DNA of 64,000 nt from a bacterium. GTDB lineage: Bacteria > Pseudomonadota > Gammaproteobacteria > Methylococcales > Methylomonadaceae. Under the pieces are notes generated by a model. That model was not told the DNA's origin. It saw only the letters and a list, made by a program, of their open reading frames with translations, and did no database searches. Shown in pieces: positions 44,120-54,091 of the stretch. Positions within the stretch are counted from its first letter, which is position 1. Each line of letters starts with the position of its first letter. The position numbers were made by a program, and so were the translations under genes. Location: assembly GCA_030591965.1 (NCBI GenBank), contig JAUVAA010000001.1:164-64163 (forward strand), given 5' to 3'.

Positions 44120-44818
44120 ATGAATACGCAATTTAAAATAGATTTAGACCTTATACCGACCACCTTTGATGCCATCCATGCTTATTTAGCAGCGACTGTT
44201 TTTGGTCTGGCACTTACGGTTATCATCCTCTTATTTGTGCTATTAATTAGCGCTATGCGCAAAGCTAAAAAGCCTGAGCAAAAAGCTACAGATAATAAAG
44301 AACAAGCTATTTCAACAAACATTCCTAAACGCGAGCCAGAAGTTAAAATCGTCGAAAAAATTGTTGAAGTAGAGAAAATCGTAGAAGTTGAAAAAATAAT
44401 ACAACAACCCGCTCCAGAACCTATCGTTTTAAAAGAAGCAACACCCGATGCTGCATTACAACTTTTAAACTTACTACAAACTGAAGCACGTTTTATTGAT
44501 TTTATTAAAGAAGATGTCAATGCATACAGCGATGAAGAAATTGGTGCTGCAGCACGCGTTGTTCATACTGGCTGTAACAAAGCACTCAATGAGCATTTCA
44601 CTTTAACAACAGTACGCACCGAACAAGAAGGCAGCAAAATCACTCTAAATAAAGGTTTTAATGCCTCTGAAGTGCGTTTAACGGGTAATATCGTTGGCGA
44701 AGCGCCTTTTACCGGTACTTTAGTCCATAAAGGCTGGCAAGTTACTGACATTAAATTACCAAAATTAACTCAAGGCCATAATGCAAATATTATCGCTGCA
44801 GCAGAGGTTGAACTATGA
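44120..44818 (+). CDS. DUF2760-domain membrane-anchored protein
   Basis: N-terminal TM, (I)VEKIVE repeats, ALQLLNLLQTEARFIDF, IGAAARVVH, GTLVHKGW and C-terminal AAEVEL; overlaps the Hsp70 ATG. Confidence 0.85.
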   Translation: MNTQFKIDLDLIPTTFDAIHAYLAATVFGLALTVIILLFVLLISAMRKAKKPEQKATDNKEQAISTNIPKREPEVKIVEKIVEVEKIVEVEKIIQQPAPEPIVLKEATPDAALQLLNLLQTEARFIDFIKEDVNAYSDEEIGAAARVVHTGCNKALNEHFTLTTVRTEQEGSKITLNKGFNASEVRLTGNIVGEAPFTGTLVHKGWQVTDIKLPKLTQGHNANIIAAAEVEL

Positions 44819-46812
44819 AAGGTCTATTCAATACAAGTCAACCAACACAAGATAACCCATCAACCGATTCAGAAACAGAAACTATAACTGACTTTAATAC
44901 GGCCTCAGAAGATGGAACGGACAGTACCGAAATGCCCGAACCAATTGAACAAAATGCTGTACCTGTACCAGATAATGCAGGCACACATTTTTCCATCGGC
45001 ATCGATTTAGGAACAACACACTGCGTTTTATCTTATGTGGATATTTCTGACCTAGAAGCAGATGAAAGAGAGCAAAAAGTCTTGCAGATTCCACAGCTCA
45101 CTGCTCCGGGTACGATTGAAGATAAAGCACAATTACCCTCGTTTTTATATCAAGCCCATGAAGCAGAAATAAACGAAGGCGATACAGCTTTACCTTGGAC
45201 CCCCAAACCCGACTATTTAGTTGGTGAAATCGCACGTAATTTAGGCTCAAAAACACCCATTCGTTTAGTTTCTAGCGCAAAAAGCTGGTTGTGCCATGCC
45301 GGTGTTGATTGTAAATCACCAATCCTGCCAACCGAAGCCCCTGAAGAAGTCACTCGCGTTTCACCTTATCAAGCCAGTGTTGCTTATTTACAGCATCTTT
45401 GTGATGCATGGAATCAACAACACCCAAACACTCCCTTCGCTGAACAAGAAGTCACGATTACAGTACCCGCGTCATTTGATCCAGCCGCTCGTGAATTGAC
45501 TGCTGAAGCCGCTCGCTCTGTCGGCTTACAAAATGCGATTCTCTTAGAAGAACCGCAAGCAGCTTTGTACAGCTGGATTGAAAAAAGTCACGGTGACTGG
45601 CGTAACCACGCCACTGTAGGCGATATTATTTTAGTCATTGATATCGGTGGTGGTACGACCGATTTATCTTTAATTGCTGTTACTGAAGACGCCGGAAATT
45701 TAAGCCTAACGCGTATTGCAGTGGGTGATCACATCCTACTAGGTGGTGATAATATGGATTTAGCTTTGGCCTATACGCTAAAAGCTAAATTAGAAAAAGA
45801 CAGCAAACGTTTAGAGCCTTGGCAAGTTCAAGCACTCACTCACGCTTGCCGTGATGCTAAAGAAAAAATCCTTAGCGACAATGACGCGGATAATATTCCT
45901 ATCGTTGTACCGAATCGTGGCTCCTCATTAATTGGTGGCACTTTACGTACGGAATTAACACGCGATGAAGTAAACAGCGTCTTACTGCAAGGCTTCCTAC
46001 CAGAAATTTCTAGCGATGAACATCCTGTTAGTCGCGCTCGTTCAGGCTTAAGAACAACCGGCTTACCTTATGCGCAAGATGCTGGTATTACCCGCCATTT
46101 GGCCGCCTTTTTAACGCGTCAACTGAATGCGGTTGATGACTTAAATGGTGTATCTCTTCCAGAAAATGCAAGCTTCATTCACCCAACCGCCGTGTTATTC
46201 AATGGCGGGGTATTAAAAGCGACACGCTTTTCTGATCGCTTAATGGATGTGCTTAATTCTTGGTTGCGCACAGAACAAGCCCCCGAAGCTCGTTTATTAA
46301 CCGGCATAGATTTAGATTTAGCCGTCGCGCGTGGTGCAGCTTATTATGGCTTTGTACGTAAAGGTAAAGGCGTACGTATCAAAGGCGGTACCGCTGCTTC
46401 TTATTATGTGGGTATTGAAAGTGCTATGCCTGCCGTTCCTGGTATGCCGCCTGAATTACAAGCATTGTGTATTGCACCTTTTGGTATGGAAGAAGGCACT
46501 GAGACAGATTTATTGGAAGAAGAATTTGGCTTAGTCGTCGGTGAGCCAGTACGTTTCCGTTTCTTTGGCTCTAAGACACGCCGCGAAGATACTGTCGGTA
46601 CACGCTTAGATTATTGGACTGACGAGGAGCTCGAAGAGCTCGATGAAATTGAAATCACCTTACCAGAAGAAAATCGTAAAGCCGGTGAAATTATTCCCGT
46701 TTATCTGTGTGCCTCAGTAACCGAAGTTGGGACATTGGAATTACAGGCAGTTTCGAGTAAAGATGACAATCATTGGAAAATTGAGTTTGATGTGCGTGCA
46801 GGTGATGAGTAA
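44815..46812 (+). CDS. Atypical Hsp70-family protein
   Basis: GIDLGTT, TVPASF, EEPQAA, DIGGGTTD and LGGDNMD motifs; non-DnaK C-terminus; acidic N-terminal extension. Confidence 0.9.
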   Translation: MKGLFNTSQPTQDNPSTDSETETITDFNTASEDGTDSTEMPEPIEQNAVPVPDNAGTHFSIGIDLGTTHCVLSYVDISDLEADEREQKVLQIPQLTAPGTIEDKAQLPSFLYQAHEAEINEGDTALPWTPKPDYLVGEIARNLGSKTPIRLVSSAKSWLCHAGVDCKSPILPTEAPEEVTRVSPYQASVAYLQHLCDAWNQQHPNTPFAEQEVTITVPASFDPAARELTAEAARSVGLQNAILLEEPQAALYSWIEKSHGDWRNHATVGDIILVIDIGGGTTDLSLIAVTEDAGNLSLTRIAVGDHILLGGDNMDLALAYTLKAKLEKDSKRLEPWQVQALTHACRDAKEKILSDNDADNIPIVVPNRGSSLIGGTLRTELTRDEVNSVLLQGFLPEISSDEHPVSRARSGLRTTGLPYAQDAGITRHLAAFLTRQLNAVDDLNGVSLPENASFIHPTAVLFNGGVLKATRFSDRLMDVLNSWLRTEQAPEARLLTGIDLDLAVARGAAYYGFVRKGKGVRIKGGTAASYYVGIESAMPAVPGMPPELQALCIAPFGMEEGTETDLLEEEFGLVVGEPVRFRFFGSKTRREDTVGTRLDYWTDEELEELDEIEITLPEENRKAGEIIPVYLCASVTEVGTLELQAVSSKDDNHWKIEFDVRAGDE

Positions 46813-46887
46813 CTCAGGATTGAGCACGAAATAACGCCTATAGATAAAGTAATAATGCTACTCTCTTGGCAGCCCACTTATTTCTCT

Positions 46888-46955
46888 GTAGGACGAGGCT
46901 TTAGCCCGCATTTAACACCACTGTTGAATATTAGCGGGCTAAAGCTACACCCTAC
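46888..46955. repeat. Inverted GTAG-REP doublet
   Basis: GTAGGACGAGGCTTTAGCCCGC ... GCGGGCTAAAGCTACACCCTAC. Confidence 0.7.
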
Positions 46956-47043
46956 CCGGTTGAGTTTTTACAAAGCCGGCTAAAATCAACGGTCGGCTGT
47001 ACTCAAGTATGTTATGCAATAAGTATTTTGGAGGGTCAACAAT

Positions 47044-47265
47044 ATGGCAAATACAGCAAACTTTATTTTAAATCAAGCTCTTGAGCTAAGTGCATCAGAG
47101 TGCGCAAATGTTGCAGAGAAACTACTTGTTAGCCTTAATAGTCCAGACTCAGAAATAGATGCTCTTTGGGAAAAAGAAGCAGATTCTCGTATTGAGGCCT
47201 ATAAAAAAGGTGGAATTGAGACTATCTCCGCTGAAAAGGTCTTTACCAAGTACCGCAAAGCGTGA
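47044..47265 (+). CDS. Addiction module antitoxin (TIGR02574-like)
   Basis: ALELSASE...LLVSL...IDALWEKEADSRIEAYKKG pattern. Confidence 0.8.
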   Translation: MANTANFILNQALELSASECANVAEKLLVSLNSPDSEIDALWEKEADSRIEAYKKGGIETISAEKVFTKYRKA

Positions 47266-47327
47266 AGGTAACTTTTCTAAAAGTAGCTGAAACCGAATTA
47301 GGTAATGCTTTTGAATACTATGGATAA
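47262..47327 (+). pseudogene. RelE/ParE-type toxin N-terminal remnant
   Basis: GTG overlaps the antitoxin TGA; reads VKVTFLKVAETELGNAFEYYG*, a typical ParE start, then stops. Confidence 0.7.
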
Positions 47328-47499
47328 GCTCCATCAGTATCAATCTCTGCGTTCTCAAATTAAATAACTAACAACGTAGATTACAACTTGCAAATGCAAC
47401 GCAAAAAACAATATTTCCTGCAAGCATTTTGTCGGGTTGCGTTTTTCTTGCTCCGCAATAAAAATCTAACCCGACCTACGAAATACTCCATAGACTATC

Positions 47500-50241
47500 G
47501 TGAACAATAAATCCGCACAGTACCACATCGGCATCGACTTAGGCACTACTCACACTGTAGTGGCTTACGCCAAAATCCAGCAAAAAAACGCACCAATCCA
47601 AATTTTTGAAATAGAACAATTGGTCGCTCCTGGAGAAGTTGCCTCTCGCTCTCTATTGCCCTCAGTACGCTATCACCCTGCTAAAGGTGAGCTATCTGAT
47701 GCTGATATGGCTTTTTCCCCCTCCGGTGAGCAGGCGGTTATTGGTCAAGCAGCGCGCGTATTAAGCGCGAAAACTCAAGGCCGCTTTGTTAGCAGTGCAA
47801 AAAGCTGGTTATCCCACCCTTCTATCGATCATACGGCTGCCATTTTGCCTTGGGGCAGTTCTGATGAAGTGGAGAAAATATCCCCGCTTGATGCCAGTGC
47901 CAGTTATTTAAAGCATGTGCGCCAAGTGTGGAATCATAAATTCCCCAATGCTTTACTTGAAAACCAGCATATTGTTATTACTGTACCCGCCTCATTTGAT
48001 GAAGGTGCGCGCTCGCTCACACTAGAAGCAGCACATAGCGCAGGCTTAAAGAAAATTCACCTACTGGAAGAGCCTCAAGCAGTTTGTTATGACTGGTTAC
48101 GCCGCCATCACGATCAGCTAAAAACCACCTTAGACGATATAAAGCTATTATTAGTTTGCGATGTGGGTGGTGGTACGACTGATTTAACCTTAATCAAAAT
48201 CGAAGCCACCGAAGATGAGCCTAAATTATCACGCATAGGCGTAGGCGACCATCTCATGCTCGGCGGCGATAATATCGACCTTGCCTTAGCGCACCTAGCG
48301 GAATCACGCCTCAGCACTGATAACAAAAAACTCTCAGCAGCCAATTTATCGCATTTATTAGAACAGTGCCGCATCGCAAAAGAACGTTTATTAGCCAAAG
48401 ATGCGCCCGAACAACTCAATGTCACTTTATTAGGTGGTGGCTCTAAGTTGATTGGCGGTACACGCTCAGTTAGTTTAACGCGCGAAGAAGTTAAAAATAT
48501 TGCTTTAGATGGCTTCTTTCCTTTATCTAAACTCAACGAATTACCCGATAAAAAACGCAGTGGCGTGGTTGAATTTGGCCTGCCCTATGCAGCAGAACCC
48601 GCAATCAGTAAACATATTGCCGCGTTTTTAAACACCCATCGCCACGCCGCACAAGAAGCGCTAGGTAATGACACTATTGTCCCCGATGCCCTGTTATTAA
48701 ATGGCGGGGTATTTCGTAGTCAGCCTATTAGCCAGCGTACTCAAGCCTTAATCAACTCATGGAGTAATAAAGCCCCAGTCTTATTGGAAAATCAGCACCC
48801 TGAACTCTCGGTAGCTTATGGCGCGGTAAGTTATGGTATGGCTCGCGAACAAAAGAAAGTAAAAATTGGCGGCGGTGCTTCACGTAGTTACTTTTTATTA
48901 GTAGGTACGGAAAAAGAACAACAAGGCGTATGTATTCTGCCGCGAGGTAGCGAAGAAGGAAATGAGATTATCTTAAAAGAGCGCCAATTTTCTTTACGCT
49001 TAGGCCAACCGGTCAGCTTTCACCTTGCTTCATTAACGGGAGGTGATCAATATAAGGCAGGAGCAATCGTTAGCATTACTGATGACTTTCACCCACTGCC
49101 GCCTTTAGCCGTCGCTTTTGACCAAGACAATAGCAACGCACAAACTGAAGTCACCGTACAATTATCCGTGACTTTATCTGAGGTCGGTACTTTACAAATT
49201 CAATGTGTTTCAGTTGCCGAGCCAAATCAACGTTGGGACGTGCAATTTCAAATCAGAAAGAAAACAACTCATCTTACTTCTAAAGAGCTACCGACAAACT
49301 TCCCGCAGGCCGTAGCACAAATTGAAGCCATTTTTGGCTCAAAATCTAAAGACATCAATCCTAAAGCGGTGAAACGTTTACGTGCGGATTTAGAGAAGTT
49401 ATTAGGCTTGCGCAGCGAATGGTCTAGCCACTTATTACGTGAATTATTTATGGTATTACTAGAAGTACGTAAGAATCACCGCCGCTCAGCCAACCATGAA
49501 CGAGTTTGGCTCAGTTTAATCGGTTATTGCTTACGCCCTGGATTTGGCTACCAATTAGATAATTGGCGTGTTGAGCAACTATGGAAAACCTATCAACATA
49601 ATATTCAATTTGTTAATGAAACTCAAAACTGGACTGAATGGTGGATTTTATGGCGTCGAATTTCCGGTGGCTTAGATACCGAAGCTCAAGAGCTAATTTT
49701 TAACGATTTAGCTAAATACCTAAACCCAGCATCCGCACGCCAAGGCAATACAGCTAAGCTCAGCAAGCAACGCGGTTATGATGATATGGTACGCTTGGCG
49801 GCGGTATTAGAGCGCTTACCTATTGCGCAAAAAACACAATTAGGTGAATGGTTATTAAAACGCTTAGAAAAAGCGAGCGAGCCAGCACATACTTGGTGGG
49901 CAGTTGGCCGTATTAGTGCGCGCGTGCCTTTTCATGCCAGTGCGCATTTTGTGGTTTCACCCGAAACTGCAACGCTTTGGCTGGAACAAATCCTTAAAGC
50001 CGATTGGAAAAAAATCCCACAAGCCGGTTTTGCCGCCACTTTAATGAGTCGCAAGAGTGGTGACCGAGCACGTGATATTGATGATGTAATGCGCAATCGA
50101 GTTATCGCACAATTAAAAGCCACTAAAGCCCCTAATTCATGGTTAGAAATGGTTGAATCGATCAAAGAACTGGATGCCTCTGAAGAGCAGCAAGTATTCG
50201 GCGAAGCATTACCACCTGGTTTGACTTTGATTAATCAGTAA
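47500..50241 (+). CDS. Atypical Hsp70-family protein with C-terminal DUF3731-like domain
   Basis: GIDLGTT, TVPASF and DVGGGTTD motifs. C-terminal domain has HERVWLSLIGYCLRPGFG, WRRISGGL, SGDRARD and FGEALPPGL. Confidence 0.9.
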   Translation: MNNKSAQYHIGIDLGTTHTVVAYAKIQQKNAPIQIFEIEQLVAPGEVASRSLLPSVRYHPAKGELSDADMAFSPSGEQAVIGQAARVLSAKTQGRFVSSAKSWLSHPSIDHTAAILPWGSSDEVEKISPLDASASYLKHVRQVWNHKFPNALLENQHIVITVPASFDEGARSLTLEAAHSAGLKKIHLLEEPQAVCYDWLRRHHDQLKTTLDDIKLLLVCDVGGGTTDLTLIKIEATEDEPKLSRIGVGDHLMLGGDNIDLALAHLAESRLSTDNKKLSAANLSHLLEQCRIAKERLLAKDAPEQLNVTLLGGGSKLIGGTRSVSLTREEVKNIALDGFFPLSKLNELPDKKRSGVVEFGLPYAAEPAISKHIAAFLNTHRHAAQEALGNDTIVPDALLLNGGVFRSQPISQRTQALINSWSNKAPVLLENQHPELSVAYGAVSYGMAREQKKVKIGGGASRSYFLLVGTEKEQQGVCILPRGSEEGNEIILKERQFSLRLGQPVSFHLASLTGGDQYKAGAIVSITDDFHPLPPLAVAFDQDNSNAQTEVTVQLSVTLSEVGTLQIQCVSVAEPNQRWDVQFQIRKKTTHLTSKELPTNFPQAVAQIEAIFGSKSKDINPKAVKRLRADLEKLLGLRSEWSSHLLRELFMVLLEVRKNHRRSANHERVWLSLIGYCLRPGFGYQLDNWRVEQLWKTYQHNIQFVNETQNWTEWWILWRRISGGLDTEAQELIFNDLAKYLNPASARQGNTAKLSKQRGYDDMVRLAAVLERLPIAQKTQLGEWLLKRLEKASEPAHTWWAVGRISARVPFHASAHFVVSPETATLWLEQILKADWKKIPQAGFAATLMSRKSGDRARDIDDVMRNRVIAQLKATKAPNSWLEMVESIKELDASEEQQVFGEALPPGLTLINQ

Positions 50242-50249
50242 TTTTTATA

Positions 50250-50303
50250 TAGCCCGCCTGTATAGAACTATTCGTATATTAGCGGGCTAAAGCCTCGGCC
50301 TAC
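50250..50303. repeat. Partial GTAG-REP doublet of the same family as 46888
   Basis: TAGCCCGC ... ATATTAGCGGGCTAAAGCCTCGGCCTAC. Confidence 0.65.
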
Positions 50304-50609
50304 AGTTATTTTATTACAACTTCCGTATGTATCGCTGAAGATACTGTAATACTTGATACTGTTGTAGTTGAAGACACTATTTCCACTGGCTTTGAAATAC
50401 TGCTAATAGCGAATGCCTCTACTTGAAAGTTGCATTAGTTACTTGGGATTTCCCTTATCTTGAGCCATGGCTTTACTCCTCTATAACTAGCACCTCTCCG
50501 ATCAAAATATAGATCACTCGCAATAGTGATTAACCTCTAAGGTCTCGAAATTGTGGCTAAAGCCACTCCTATAGAGTGCGAGATTCGCATAATATTTACT
50601 TCTCATTCC

Positions 50610-52343
50610 TTAGTTTGGGAAGAGTAAATACAAAAGCACCATATTTAATAACAGCAACAGCCCGCTCACGCCTTTCCAAAACACCAATGGATTACGTTCC
50701 ATCAGCGGTATATTGTCCACCTCGTTTAAAAAACTAGCGTTAGGGTTGCTCAAGTCATATAAAAACTCTGATATCTCATCATAACGGCCTTGCGGAGAAA
50801 TTGATGTGGCTTTTTTTAAGGCGCCATCAATCCAGGCTGGCACCATGGTATTTTTATGAAAACTAGGTACGTAGGATAGCTTAGCCAGATTCAGTTTATT
50901 CGGCTTTTCTGGCATATCTCCGCCAAAAGGCAAAGCTCTATTAATCATTTCATAGGTGATCACGGCTAAGGAATATAAATCCGACTTGATCGTGCCACGC
51001 TGCCCCAAATGATATTCGGGAGCTGTATAGTTAAGCGTGCCTAAAATATTCTCATCATCATGGCGTTCTAATGGGGAGATTTCCGTAATCCCCGCTATTT
51101 TTACCGAACCAAAATCAATGATTTTCACTGTGCCTTTACTATCAATCATGATATTTTCAGGCTTTAAATCCTGATGTAACATTTCCATACGATGAAATGC
51201 ACGCAAGCCTTTGGCAACTTGCTCAATAATCTCTCGTACTTCGCGTATATAAGGCTTAGGGTGTTTATCAATCCATTCTCTTAAAGTATCACCCTCGATA
51301 AATTCAGTGACATAATAAATACATGTTTTAACTCTATCGGTATCTAAAACTTGCAGGACATTATTATGTTTAATGCGCTTTCCCGCCCATTCTTCATGCA
51401 AAAAATGCTCAATATAATGCGTGTCATCTTCGTATAAAACGGAGGGTGTTTTTAAAATAACCTGCGTCTGGCTTAATGTATCAAAAGCACGATAAATCTG
51501 GGTGCGCGTACTCGCATGTAATTCTGCTTCAATTTTATAGCCGTCAAGCATTTGGCCGATTTCTAAAGGCGGCGGAAAGGGTAAATTAGCATGTTGACGC
51601 AATACTTCATCTTCTTTGGCTAAAGGTATTTCTGCAACGCGAAATACCTGACAGCTTAAATTATCATCGCTCTTATTGTCACTTGCTTGTTGCACAATAA
51701 GCTGTGCCAACTGCGTTAAATCACCACCTGACTGCAATAATTCTTTGAGCTTTTTTTCGCTCATAAAATCATGCACTCCATCGGTACTCATAAAAAAAAG
51801 ATCATCTTTTTCTAGCGGAAACGCCTTATAGTCAACTTCTAAATGAGGCTCGATCCCCATTGCGCGATTGAGATAATTTTTTTCATCTGAAATCCAAACA
51901 CGGTGATCACGTGTCATTTGCTCCAAATTGCCCTGCCGTAAACGGTAAATACGTGAGTCACCAATATGAAATAAATGCGCGGTCGTTGATTTCAGCACCA
52001 AAATACTTAAGGTGCTAACCATGCCTTTGCTTGATTGATAGCGTTGCTGGCCTTGGCTATAAAGCCAAGAGTTAGTCGCAGATAAGATTTTTTGCCCTGC
52101 TTGTTTAACTGACCAAGAGTCGGGGGTGCTGTAATAATCACTTAAAAAACCAGCCACACAGCATTGGCTGGCCTCATGCCCTGCATCACTACCACTCATA
52201 CCGTCGGCAATAGCGGCTGCAATGCCTTTATGGGTTAATTGCGCTCCTTCAGGCATTAAGGCACCTAAAAAATCTTCATTTCTCGCCTTAATGCCTTTAT
52301 CGCTATAGGAGCCGATGGCTATTTTAAGTGTTGATGTTGTCAT
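50610..52343 (-). CDS. Bifunctional PP2C phosphatase / Ser-Thr kinase with C-terminal TM
   Basis: RNED, IADGMSG, HIGDSR, TDG and DDN (PP2C); VILK, HQDLKPEN, DFG and YTAPE (kinase). Confidence 0.92.
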   Translation of the reverse strand: MTTSTLKIAIGSYSDKGIKARNEDFLGALMPEGAQLTHKGIAAAIADGMSGSDAGHEASQCCVAGFLSDYYSTPDSWSVKQAGQKILSATNSWLYSQGQQRYQSSKGMVSTLSILVLKSTTAHLFHIGDSRIYRLRQGNLEQMTRDHRVWISDEKNYLNRAMGIEPHLEVDYKAFPLEKDDLFFMSTDGVHDFMSEKKLKELLQSGGDLTQLAQLIVQQASDNKSDDNLSCQVFRVAEIPLAKEDEVLRQHANLPFPPPLEIGQMLDGYKIEAELHASTRTQIYRAFDTLSQTQVILKTPSVLYEDDTHYIEHFLHEEWAGKRIKHNNVLQVLDTDRVKTCIYYVTEFIEGDTLREWIDKHPKPYIREVREIIEQVAKGLRAFHRMEMLHQDLKPENIMIDSKGTVKIIDFGSVKIAGITEISPLERHDDENILGTLNYTAPEYHLGQRGTIKSDLYSLAVITYEMINRALPFGGDMPEKPNKLNLAKLSYVPSFHKNTMVPAWIDGALKKATSISPQGRYDEISEFLYDLSNPNASFLNEVDNIPLMERNPLVFWKGVSGLLLLLNMVLLYLLFPN

Positions 52344-52357
52344 AATTTTTCTTGAAT

Positions 52358-53836
52358 TTAATCCAATTCAATCATTTCGACTGAACCATCTTCTTGAACT
52401 TCAACCATATGCCCTTTAGGCTCTTCAATAAACTGCACTGCCACTAAAACGATCAAAGCGCCACCAGCAATCACGGTAAAAAACACCGAAGGAGCCACAA
52501 ACGATAACACGGTTAAGAATAATACTGCACCGACATTACCATAGGCACCGACCATACCTGCGATTTGTCCGGTCATACGACGTTTAATTAAAGGTACCAT
52601 CGCAAACACTGCACCTTCACCTGATTGTACAAAAAATGAACAGACCATGGTTAAGGCAATGACACCTGCAATGGGCCAGTCAGACGTAATGAGTGATAAG
52701 CAATAATAACCAATCGATAAGCCAACAATGAAAATAGATAAAGAGAGTTTACGACCAAATTTATCACTAATCCAACCCCCTGTTGGACGGGCAATTAAAT
52801 TCATAAAAGCAAAGCCTGATGCTGAAAGTCCTGCTTGTATCATAGTAATGCCTTGTGAATCATGGAAAGTATCATAAAAGAACATCGGCAACATCGACAC
52901 AACTGCTAATTCAGAGCCAAACGTAATTAAATAAGCTAAATCTAAAATCGCTACTTGTTTGAATTTATATTTATGAATTTCATCAATCGGCTGCATTAAA
53001 TGCTCTTCATTCACATGCACGATTTTATACACGTTATAAAAGAATAAAACCCAGATACCTATGTAAATTAATATCGCTGCAAAACTTGATAATAAGCTCA
53101 CGCCAGCAGGCGATAACTTCCAAGTTAATAAGGTTAGTGTTGCATATAAAGGAATTGTCATTAGGATATAAAAAAATAAATCCCAAATACTGGTGACTTC
53201 CATTGCACCCGCTTTTTTCGGCTTGAAATAGGTTGAGCCTTTTGGTGTATCCGTGACACTAAAGAAGTAAATCACCGAATAAATTAATGCGACAACACCG
53301 GTTGACGCAATCGCATAACGCCAGCCTTCAGGGCCGCCAAAAGCCAACGCTAAAGAGGGCAAGCTCATTGCTGCCGCCGCAGAACCAAAGTTCCCCCAGC
53401 CACCATAAATCCCTTCAGCAATACCCACTTGTTTGGCTGGAAACCATTCGCCGACCATACGAATACCAATCACAAAACCTGCCCCAACAAAGCCTGATAA
53501 GAATCGCGCTAGAGCAAGCTGCTCAAAGCTATCGGCAAAAGCAAACATAAACGTAGGCAAACTACCTAAGGCCAATAATATAGAGAAAGTACGCTTAGGC
53601 CCAAACTTATCAACTAATATACCAATGATAATTCTAGCTGGAATTGTTAAGGCAACATTCAAAATTAAGATCGTCTTAATTTCAGACCTGCTCATACCAA
53701 AAGTATCAGCAATAATTAGCATCAACGGCGCATGACTAAACCAGACGACAAAGGAGATAAAAAATGCAAGCCATGTGGTATGCAGGATTTTCATTTTCCC
53801 TGAAAAAGAAAAAAATTTTAATGCTTCTGTGCTCAT
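52358..53836 (-). CDS. narK: NarK/NRT2-family MFS nitrate/nitrite transporter
   Basis: 12-TM MFS with nitrate signature motifs [10 protein letters not shown] and [10 protein letters not shown], conserved Arg (IPAR, IARP) and FGSE. Confidence 0.92.
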   Translation of the reverse strand: MSTEALKFFSFSGKMKILHTTWLAFFISFVVWFSHAPLMLIIADTFGMSRSEIKTILILNVALTIPARIIIGILVDKFGPKRTFSILLALGSLPTFMFAFADSFEQLALARFLSGFVGAGFVIGIRMVGEWFPAKQVGIAEGIYGGWGNFGSAAAAMSLPSLALAFGGPEGWRYAIASTGVVALIYSVIYFFSVTDTPKGSTYFKPKKAGAMEVTSIWDLFFYILMTIPLYATLTLLTWKLSPAGVSLLSSFAAILIYIGIWVLFFYNVYKIVHVNEEHLMQPIDEIHKYKFKQVAILDLAYLITFGSELAVVSMLPMFFYDTFHDSQGITMIQAGLSASGFAFMNLIARPTGGWISDKFGRKLSLSIFIVGLSIGYYCLSLITSDWPIAGVIALTMVCSFFVQSGEGAVFAMVPLIKRRMTGQIAGMVGAYGNVGAVLFLTVLSFVAPSVFFTVIAGGALIVLVAVQFIEEPKGHMVEVQEDGSVEMIELD

Positions 53837-53872
53837 GTTCTCACCTAATAATTAGTACTATAAATTACACAG

Positions 53873-53888
53873 TGCACCATACGTGCCA
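53873..53888 (-). promoter_or_regulatory. Sigma54 -24/-12 promoter for the transporter-kinase operon
   Basis: TGGCACGTATGGTGCA, GG-N10-GC spacing. Confidence 0.8.
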
Positions 53889-53982
53889 AAAAACATAAGA
53901 ATCTGATTTTCATAGTTATTTAAGTTGTATCTACAAATCATCAACAAATGGCGCCCCCTTTAAAGTGGCTGGATCTGGTAAT

Positions 53983-54031
53983 TGCTTCACAATGAAGCAA
54001 ATTATAATTTTTTATGCACCAATATTGTGCA
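53983..54031. promoter_or_regulatory. Tandem NtrC-type enhancer sites
   Basis: TGCTTCACAATGAAGCA (53983-53999) and TGCACCAATATTGTGCA (54015-54031), 32 bp apart, matching TGCACY-N5-RGTGCA. Confidence 0.75.
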
Positions 54032-54091
54032 GTGTGCTTTTTTAGTTAATTTCCATAAAAATAAATACTTTAATTACAGTCACTTATACTA

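Noticed and set aside
44815-50241. Calling either Hsp70 dnaK, hscA or hscC
   Set aside because: Canonical linker and substrate-binding motifs are missing, and there are no dnaJ/grpE/hscB/isc neighbours.
50304-50470. Coding-looking sequence between Hsp70-B and the kinase gene
   Set aside because: The frames I translated have stops or lack a start, and I recognise no family.
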